A stretch of DNA of 64,000 bases from Escherichia phage PMBT57. Numbering within the stretch: position 1 is the first letter of the stretch; the number at the start of each line of letters is the position of its first letter. The stretch lies in the sequence record MG770228.1. One strand, given 5' to 3'. Positions 8,701-18,600 of this stretch are shown piece by piece. The translations under genes and the position numbers were made by a program. The notes beneath the pieces are model-generated. The model had not been told where the DNA came from and did not search any database. It saw only the letters and a list, made by a program, of their open reading frames with translations.

Positions 8701-8731
8701 AGCCTCCAGGATTAACTGGAGGCTTTTTTAT
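8701..8731 (+). terminator. rho-independent terminator
   Basis: agcctccag - gattaa - ctggaggct followed by TTTTTT; ends the tRNA/ncRNA region. Confidence 0.7.
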
Positions 8732-8752
8732 TTAATTAAATAAGGAAGCAAG

Positions 8753-9124
8753 ATGAACCGTATTACTGAAGAACATATTGATAGCATCATTGAAGGTGTT
8801 TACTACTTCAATATGGCTAAAGCTGTAGAGAATGAAGCAGTTCTGATTCCTGAAGACCATTTAAAAGCATTGAGTACAACTACTGTTTGTGCACTGGTTA
8901 TTTCTAATGGGTTCACTATTACTGGTAAATCTGCTTGTGTTGACCCTAATACCTTCAATGAGGAGTTAGGTAAGAAATATGCTTACGAACAGGCCATTGA
9001 TAAGGTATGGGAATTGGAAGGCTATCTGCTTAAGCAAAACCTGTATGAGAAAGCTCAGAGCCAGGAAATGCTAAAAGGATTCCTGCAAGATGACAACTGT
9101 GAAGGTGGGGGCTGTAAAATCTAA
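8753..9124 (+). CDS. hypothetical protein (123 aa; N4 gp48-like position)
   Basis: Track ORF with upstream AAGGAAG RBS; no motif recognised. Confidence 0.6.
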   Translation: MNRITEEHIDSIIEGVYYFNMAKAVENEAVLIPEDHLKALSTTTVCALVISNGFTITGKSACVDPNTFNEELGKKYAYEQAIDKVWELEGYLLKQNLYEKAQSQEMLKGFLQDDNCEGGGCKI

Positions 9125-9609
9125 TGGAAATTAAAGTTCACTTTACTAATTACATCGGAACCAAATGTGTAAATGGTTTCCCGATGAACAAGGCTGCCTA
9201 CTGCAAACTTCGTGGTTGGGATGTACCTACTAATGAAGACCAGTTAGAAGAGGGTTACTTAGTAGAGTACCCCGATTCTAAACCTAACCATGAACAATTT
9301 CGTGGTTATATTAGCTGGTCACCTAAAGCTGCATTTGAAGAGGCATACTGTGATGTGGACAAAGGCTGCACGTTTGGCCACGCAGTAGAGCTTATGAAAT
9401 CAGGTTTTAGAATGTCCCGTAAGGGCTGGAATGGAAAAGGAATGTATATCACATTGGTATCCGGTGAAAACTGGGCTATGGATAAACATGAAAATACCGT
9501 ATGCATGAAACGGGATTGGCTGGGTATTAAAACCGCTGACAATGAATTTATGCCCTGGGTTCCATCTCAATCAGATGTATTAGCAGAAGATTGGGTACTA
9601 GCTCAGTAA
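9124..9609 (+). CDS. two-domain protein with DUF2829/Tad2-like C-terminal domain (N4 gp49-like position)
   Basis: C-terminal TFGHAVELMKSGFRMSRKGWNGKGMYITLV...MPWVPSQSDVLAEDW matches my recollection of the DUF2829 signature (KGWNGKG ... PW.PSQ.D.LAEDW); the N-terminal ~80 aa is a separate domain; ATG overlaps the upstream stop. Confidence 0.5.
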   Translation: MEIKVHFTNYIGTKCVNGFPMNKAAYCKLRGWDVPTNEDQLEEGYLVEYPDSKPNHEQFRGYISWSPKAAFEEAYCDVDKGCTFGHAVELMKSGFRMSRKGWNGKGMYITLVSGENWAMDKHENTVCMKRDWLGIKTADNEFMPWVPSQSDVLAEDWVLAQ

Positions 9610-9617
9610 GAAATAAA

Positions 9618-9642
9618 GCCCCTCTAGTGAGGGGCATTTTTT
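9618..9642. terminator. bidirectional rho-independent terminator between convergent + and - units
   Basis: gcccctc - tagt - gaggggc flanked by A-run upstream and T-run downstream; lies between + gene end 9609 and - gene end 9644. Confidence 0.75.
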
Positions 9643-9643
9643 A

Positions 9644-12600
9644 TTAGTGGGTAAGGTTGAACCAAGGGTTGAGGGTAGGTGCTCTTAGTCCTTGTCCGAA
9701 GCCTAATGAGTAATCCAGTCTTCCTTCAGCCAGCATGGTTAGCATGTTGTCCTGAATTGGCAGACCTACATTACCAAACATGGCAGGAGCAGGTACTACT
9801 GTAGCAATCAGAGAATGTACTGGGTTGTTTCTAATCATGCTCATAGCAACTTTAATGGAACGAATCTTAAAGTTGTAGAACCACATCAGACCCACGCTTT
9901 CCATATAACCACGGAAACGACCAGGCAATCTGTCATAGTTAACAAACTCTTCAGTTACCTGACCCAATGCTTCAGAAGAGGATTTCTTCTTACGTTTCAC
10001 TAAATCATCATAGATGATGGCTTTAGCAATGAAGTCTGAATACTCTACTGTTTTCTGGATACCCTGGAACAGAGCAGTGTCCTTAGCAATAAGAGCATAA
10101 CGGCCAGCATTACGTACTTTTTCTGGAAGTTTATTAGCAAGTTTTTCCATGTACTCATAAATCTTACCTTCAGCTACTAACAGGTCATCACGACTAATAC
10201 CAGCATCAGCAATAGAAGAGAACTCACCTGCTTCAATCAAAGGCCAGATGCTCATACGACGATGGCTATCAGTAATAGATTGAATCTCGGTTTTAAGTTT
10301 ACGAACCAGATTAGGATTGCCTTCAGCAGCACGTAATTCTGCTTCTGCATCAATCTGACGTAAGCGAGATTTAATGTACTGATTAATCTCTGACGCCTTA
10401 CGAGGAATATTCACAGCAATATCCTTAACAGGAACACCACGTCCAATCATCTGGTAGATGTTAGCAAGGAAGTTAACTGCCGGTACTACAACAGATTTAA
10501 CAACAATTACTGTCTTAGCATCCTTCACCAAGTTCTGAATGGTATTTTCAGCATTCATTACTACATGATATGCCTTATTACCAAATGCACCGAGGAACAT
10601 CTTCTTAACAGTATCAAGGGTGCTAGGTGACCAACGAGAGTTACCAGTCCATACATCACCAATAGATGCAGCACGATAGCCAAGTGCATCATTCAGCATA
10701 TCCCTACGAACCCATAACTCATCCTTACCAAAGAGTTCTTCAGCCTTACGACGAGTCTCAATGTTCATTAGGTTAATTGCATCAGCCAGTACTGGGTCAT
10801 CAATTTTACCTAACAGGTTTACATATTGAGATTTATTAGCACTGGAGTCTTTAATGTCTTTCTCATACATAGCATGTAATTGCTCAATGAGAATGTCATT
10901 AAAACGTTGTGCTTTAGCCTCTTCCACCTGACGACCACGCCATACACCCACCATCTTAGCAAAATGATTGTCTTGGTTTAGATGCTTCAACATATTAGGG
11001 TCAACGGATTGCTCATAAGCAACTACCTGACCTTTGCTGTTATAAATTGGCATCAGTGGTTCACGCCCACGTTCACCTTTAGCCAGAGCTTTGGTAATAC
11101 GCTCTACGGTTGGTTTGTCAGTAATACGACCAGCAACCATAGTACCTAACGTAAAGCCAGTACCAATATCCACGCCACCAGCAGTATTACGAACGTTCTG
11201 AAGAATACCTTGAGAGTATGGAGCACGGGCAGCTACTGGGCTGAAGTAATAACCTTTAGAACCAGTACGGAAACCAGTGCTTCCCTGATAAGTACCAATA
11301 CGAGTAAAAGATTGGCTATTTAACTTAGCAAACTCTTTATCGTCAGCAATAATCAAATTCACACCTTGCTGGTTCTCTACAGGGATATAGCCCTTAAAGT
11401 GATTCAGCAGAGTACGATTATCGCCTTTAGCTTTACGCATCTCTTCAGTACGTTGACCCACCATATAAGCAATGGAGAACTCCATACCTTCCACTTCTGA
11501 TTGAGCCAATTCTGACAAAAGGTCACGGTCAGACTTATTCATCAATTCCAGAGAGTACAAAGTAGTGAGCTTATCAATAGCAGCTACATCTGCCACAGGA
11601 CTATTAGTAATACGTTCACCTAACAAACGACTAATAGCATGGGCATTACGAAGGAGGTTATTACCTACTTCTCCTGTAATCATGTATTGAGCCAGTTGCT
11701 TAGATTTCTTCTGAACCAGATTCCAGTTTCTACCTGCTTGGTTCTGAATCTCTTTTTCCAGAGTAGAGATTTCATCTTTCACTTTCTTGGATGAAGAGAG
11801 TAAATCTCTAATTTCAGCCATGCTCATAGTTTCACGTAGAACAGCTAAATCTGTTTTACCTAAACCAGTATGCATTGCAGACCACTCGGTATCAGTCAAT
11901 TTACGAGAGAACTTACCAGCAATGACTGTAGGTAAATGCTCACGGAATTGTTGACGGTCTTGAGAAATCTGGCTCTTAACCAATTTGATTAAGTCATAGA
12001 CATTGGCATTAGTCTTAGTACGACCAACAATGTCATTAACTAAGTCATGGAAAGGTTGCCATACTTTACCCTGGTTCATAGCAGTCATAACACCCTGAGC
12101 CACTATTTCACCTTGTTTTTCAGATGCAATAGCAGCAGTCAGTTTAGCCAGATGAGCAACACCTTTAGCAGCTACATTAGAAGGGTTAGCAATTACCTTA
12201 TCTGCCTTTTCAATAACAGTTTCAGATAACCGTTCAATGCTATCCGTTACGTACTGATTAGCACGGTCAATGAAGTTACCGGTAGGGGTTGCTACAGCAT
12301 CATAGAAGGACTCTCGTTTCAGAGCAGCAGCCATGATTGTTTCTGACAGAGCATCAATACTATCCTGAACATTAGTAGCCTTCTGGTCACCCGCCATACG
12401 ACGGTTCAGAGATTCCATTACCTGAGTACCTGCATTGGTAAGCAGAGTATCTACATCATTCCCTAATTTCTTATCTGCTTTAGGTACAGGCATTTCTTTA
12501 ATGATTGAACGTAGTTCTTCATTAACCATAGCCAGACCCAGGAATGTAGGTAACAGACTGGTTCTGCCTTTGGCATCTACTTCAACCAGATTAGCACCAG

Positions 12601-15600
12601 AGATAGTGTCATATTTCTGTTGAGCGTAGTAACGGTCAGCAGGGTTAGTACTATCAGGGTCAGCCATGAAATGTTCTACCGTAAGGTGTTTCATTACATG
12701 GGTATAAAGTTCCTGAGCACGAGCCATAGCGTGTGGGTCAATTGCAGCTTCAGTTGCTAATGCAGCAGTAACCATCTGGAATACAGATTGTTCCTGGGCA
12801 GTCATATTGAAGCCACGAGACTGAACATCACGAACTAGTCGAGTAGCACTCATTAATGCATTAGCCACATTGCCACGACGTTCTACTTCTGTAACTGGGT
12901 CAGTACGAAGGTAATCAGTTACCAGTTTATCGAAGGTCTGATTCAACTGAGACAGACGTTCATTATTACCATATGCTTTGCTATGGAACAGTGTGCCATC
13001 TTTAGCTACTGCCTGAGTTGTAGGTTGGCTACGCATCAAAATTGCAGAATTAAACAGCAGATTAGAGAACATATCTTCTCCCAATGCAGGAGCTTGTTTA
13101 CGTCCCCAAATCAATTTCTTAATGGCCTGATAAACATCTTTCACCATTTGAACCAGTGAAGATGTTCTCTTCTGTTTAGCAGCCAGAGCACGGTTAGCTA
13201 ACCCCCAAGCCATAAACTCATTAAGAGCAGCAGCTTTAGAAATAGCTGGGTCAACAAAGCCATTACTCAAATGACCTTCAATAGTTGCAATAGCATCAGC
13301 ATATGCTTCTCTCATTTCTGGAGAATCTTTGGAAATATCCAGAGAACGGAACTGTTCCATCAGACCTTCCAGGTTCTCAATAGCCTGCTTAGATGTAGGG
13401 CTTACTTCATTACCCTGATAGAAGGAATAAACTTCCTCGAAGGTAGAAGCATGAACCAGTTCATGAATGAGGGTTTCCATAGATGGGCTAACCAGATAAA
13501 TGGTCTTATCGTCGAAGTTAGTCCAGCCATAAATATTACCTGCCTGAGCTTCTTCCATTTCCTGAGAAGTCAATTCAGTAACATTCTTCTGACGAGCATA
13601 TTCTGCAACCTGAGTAGGTGTACCGTAGATAATCTTATAGTCTTTAGCTGCCAGTGATTTCTGAATCTCTGCAAGAGTAGCTGCCTGAGTAGATGGCAGA
13701 TTACTAATCTTAGCCAGGTTACGAATAGCAGTAGCAGACAGGATACGAACACCGGATGCCTTATGCTCACAGCCTACCATACCAAAGTCTGGATTCACTG
13801 GTTCTTTTTCAGAAACAGTTTCTTCTTTGACTTCAGCCTTAGCCTTAGCGACTTTTTGTTTACGGGCTTCTAACTCTTCACGGAAAAGTTTATTCAGTTC
13901 ATCAGCCTGTTGTTCAGGAGTCATATTGCTGAGGTCAATCTTACCGTTGTTCTGATAAGGAGCACCTACAGCAGCCATCTGGTCAATGGACAGATTTACC
14001 TTATCCAGTACCTTATGGCGAATATCTACACCCAGTGCAATATTACGTAAGTTACGTTCAATCAGAGATGCAGCATTAGCAATATCATCTACAGTAGCAT
14101 TCTCACGTTGGTCATATTCCAGGGCAGATTTACCAATTGCTTCCAATGCTTCAGGGGACAACTTGCTGAAATCTACATTCTTCATGAACTTAGCATATGA
14201 TTCGTAAACATTCTTAATAGGGTTACCCTGCCAAGAAGTGTAAACAGCTTCATTAGCCTTACGACTAGCATCAGTAATGTCATTCAAACCAATGTTCATA
14301 CCATCAAAGATTTTGAGGGTATTCTTTGGTGCACCTTTCATAGTGGAAAGAGTTTGCATCATCATGCCATCACCAGTACCAATAGTCATAAATGGAATAC
14401 CTGCTACACCAGCCTGTGCTGGGGCATAGATACTCATTGGTACACGCATACGGTCATCAAGGTTAGTAGCTAATACCTGATTTGCTACTTCTGCATTTTC
14501 TGAGCCAGCAATGTAGAAAGTCTGAGAACCAGTCTCAATCATAGGAGCTAAGTTATTCAGAGAAGCCTGAATATCATTAAGTTCTTTCTGAGTAAGAAAA
14601 TCACCTTTCTTCCATGTCGGGTCTTTAGCCTTCTCTGTCAGTTTCTCCTGTACTCGTTGTTTGAACATATCTTCCAGCACTACAGATTGAATCTGAGTAG
14701 CTTTCTGTAATTGTTCAGTGGAGTACACCAGACTTTCACCTACAGTCTGAGTAATACCATTACGTAGTGGTTCTACAAAGAAGTGCAGCATATTTTCCTG
14801 AAGTGCCTTCAGTTGCTCACCCTTAATGGTATAGGTCTTAGGATTGATTTTCCCTTTGGCTCCTGCACCTGTGGATTGTAGTTCCAGTACACCTTTACGT
14901 TTAACAGGAACAGTAGAAGTCAGTGTTTCCATATCTTTCAGGAAACGAGCAAGAAGTTCTTCAGCATGTGCTTCTGAAGCAGCTTGCTTACCAAACATTG
15001 CCATAGCAGCAGAGATGTTTGGGTCTTTAGCACGAGCTTTCAGCACATCAGACATACGCTCATAGATGGCATCAGTAACAGAACTAACCAGCTTACCTGC
15101 AATACCACGAGCACCAGAACCATAGATGGTAATAGTCAGCGGGTTCTTAGCAATACCACGTTTAAGTTCTAAAGCACCATTCTCACCAAGATTAATATCC
15201 GGTAAGAACAAATCCATCAGAGAAAGAAGACTGTCTATCTGGGACTGAATAGGCATATTAGAAGCGTAGTTACTACGTAACTTACCCAACGATTCCATCA
15301 AAGCATTAGTGGATGCTTGATATAAATCATTATTGTCAGCAGTAGAACGATGCTCATTCATGGTCTTATTTGGAGAACCAATGAACAAGCCACCTTTGGC
15401 AATGTTACGAATCCAGTCAGGGGTAAACAGGCCACCTGTCATTAGCATCATGGCATTGATTGGACCATTAGTAACACCATCTGCTTCTACATACAGTGGG
15501 GTTACAAATGCAGATTTATCCTCTGCTACTAAGTAACGGGAATACTCCATAAGAGCCATCAATGCTACGAATGACTTCCTATCTCCTAATGCTGTATTCA

Positions 15601-18600
15601 GAACATCAACTGCATTTTCTGGTAAGGAACCAGTGGTATTAAACTCAACCATCATATCAATGGCTGGTTTCAGATTACCTTCCAGTAATTTAGTTAACTC
15701 ATCTGACATAACCTCACGAGTCATAGTATGGACTTTAATGTCCAATGCCTGAGCCAGACCTAACTGGAATGCAGAGAAGTCTTCATTGTTCTGGTTCGAT
15801 AAATCCAAAGTAGCTTTAGTAGGTAGGATAGCCTCACGAACCAGTTTGGCTGATTGAGGATTGTATTTACCTAACATCTGCATACGACCAACACGGGTCA
15901 TATTGTATGCATAGTGAATAGGCACAGTAGAGATGTCTTCACTCTGTGCTCTTACCTGCTCAATGACGGAGAACAGTTGGTTGTAAGAGTCCTCTACTGA
16001 ACGGTTCTTACCTTCCAGAGATTTAGCATGATTATCATTAAGTAACTCTTTATTCAGAGTACCAGCACCCATCAGTTCGAGAATACGGTCTTTACCTAAC
16101 GTCTCATAGAATTGAACCATTGGAGTGTGTACATAGAACTCTGTAGCCTGTTCTGCTTTCAATGCAGCCTTCTGTTCTGGAGTATTACGAACAGCAGGAT
16201 TACGAAGCTGAGTATTAGCTACAGGAGGAATGTCATTACCAAAGAACATCTTCTCTGTAGGATTTACTAAAACAGCTTCTTCAATAGCAGTAGGGAAGCT
16301 ATTAATTGGGTCGAAGGAATCCAGTTCAGTAATGGTGTACAGACCAATCGTCTTCTTATTATCTGGGTCAATTTCTGACATATCCACGATGTTCTCTACA
16401 ACATCAGTAGACTCTACAAATGCAGCCAGAATTTCAGCAGCCATTGCTGTAGGGATACCTTTGGTATAACCCAATGGAGCATTTGGATTACGAGATAATC
16501 CCCAGTAAGACTCAATTTTCTGAGCCAGGGAACTAACTGCTTCAGTGAGTGTCATACCAGTATCAAATTGCTCTACTAAACCTTCTGGCAGCAAGGCTTG
16601 GTCAATACCAGTAATAGCAGCAACATCTTTTGCATCTTTGATAGCAGTATTGCTGGTAGCAGTAAGTCTCCACTGAAGACCCGCTAATACAGCAGTCTGT
16701 AGCAATTGCTCATTGTACTTAAAGGTATCCCCATCCTGTTCAACGATGTTAAGTAACTTACCGCCTACCCAACGGTTGGCTTCCGTACCCTGAGCAAAAC
16801 GTTTACCAACATCCTTAGTGTTAAGGAACTTAGCCAGACGGGAACGAAGAATATCAGCAATACCTTCCCCATGTTCCATGAGTTCTTTATATCGCTTAAT
16901 AACTTCCCCATTAAAAGCAGGATTAGCAACTTCTTTCTCAGTAAAGAGTTCATAACGAGCACGAGAAGACAGAGCTTGAGCTACCTCTTTTAGAGGTGCT
17001 TCTGAACCAACAGTACGGGATTTCTGTTCTTCCAGTAAGGTAAAGGACAATTTGAAATAGTTCTTAATACCCTCTGCTTTAGAATCAGCAGTACCTACCA
17101 ATGAGGGGTAAACAGCATCGATACCTTCTCTTAATTCTTCTGTAACTGTACGTTCTTTTACAGAAGTTTCAGTTTCTTTAACAGATTCAGTAGGTTGCTC
17201 GATGGTATCCTCATTAGTGAGGGTAGCATCCTGTTTTTCAGACTGGCTCACAGGTTCTTTTATAGCCTGTGGTCTAGACTCTTTAGTAGTAGGTTCTGTT
17301 TTAACAGGTTCACTAACAGGAGTCTTAGTCTGTACAGTAGATGTAACTGGTTCCTGTTTTGTAACAGGAGTTTCTTTAACCTGATTCACGGAGTCAGCTT
17401 TCTGTTGAGAAGAAGCAACGTCTCGATTGCCTTGACGGAATGCCTTGACCACCTCAGCAGCAGGGGCGTTAAGACGTGAATCCAATGGAGTAACTTTTAT
17501 ATGACTGACCTTCAGTTCCGGGTAAGCCGAAGCGAGGGCATTAGCAATATCCGCTACCGTTTTCGCTTCAAGAGCAACTTGCTGGGCAAATTTAACCGAC
17601 TTAGTGTCATAGGGATTGACCCCCAATCCGGTACGGCTACGAACCCATTCTCTGTCAGCAGTAAGAGCTTGGTAGTGGACAGACTTATTCTTATCCGCAT
17701 TCCCCGTAACAAGATGCTCATTCAACGCTCCAACCTTATTCTGCATGTGCTGGGCGAACTGCATAAAGTCGTTCAGGTAAGCGGAGGCCAACTCGAAATT
17801 ACCAGAGTTATACGCAGACCGAATCCTATTCGCATGTTGCAACGCAGAGTATTGTCCTTCCTGAGTTCTGCTCTCATCCGTCTTAATCTGTTTACTCACA
17901 ATGTCTTGAGGACGTAATCCAAGACGGGCAGCTTCTGCATCATATTCCCGTGCCCCCTTCAGGATTGCAGCAGCATTCTGAAGGGCAGCAATTTGGCGAT
18001 TATTCAGTTTAATACGACCATCAGCAGCATGTTTAAGAACAACATTTACAGATTCTGGATTGAGCTTTTCAGGAGCTACTTCAGCAGCTAATGCTACGTT
18101 CTGCATTTCTTGTGGACTGGATTCTTCAGTCACATCCAAAGAACCATTCTGGGCAGATTCATTAATCATTCGATTAATAACATTCAGTGCACCAATTACT
18201 TTTGGTGTGTTCTGAATATTAGCTGTCAGATTTGTATAACGATTGAGTAACTCAATAGCCGGAGAATCTTTAGGAATGCTATCCAGTGCAGCAGGGTCAC
18301 GGTTAATGAATTGCTCAAACTCTGAAACAGCATCATACATATAAGATGCAGCTTCCATCAGTGCTTGAGGATTAGATTCATCTAATGTGTTAACTAGGTC
18401 TGCTAACTTTTGAATAACCTGTACTTGGTCAGTAGAACCAGCTACAGCATTACGAATATGCTCTGGTGCTTCCTGATAATTTTCAGGATTAAAACGAGTA
18501 GCATTCATTAAGTCAGAAACATACTGGTGTGCTGCAACTTTCTGTTCTGGAGTAGCATCAGTTGCTTCAACAGCATCACGAATAGTAACTTCTGCTTCTG

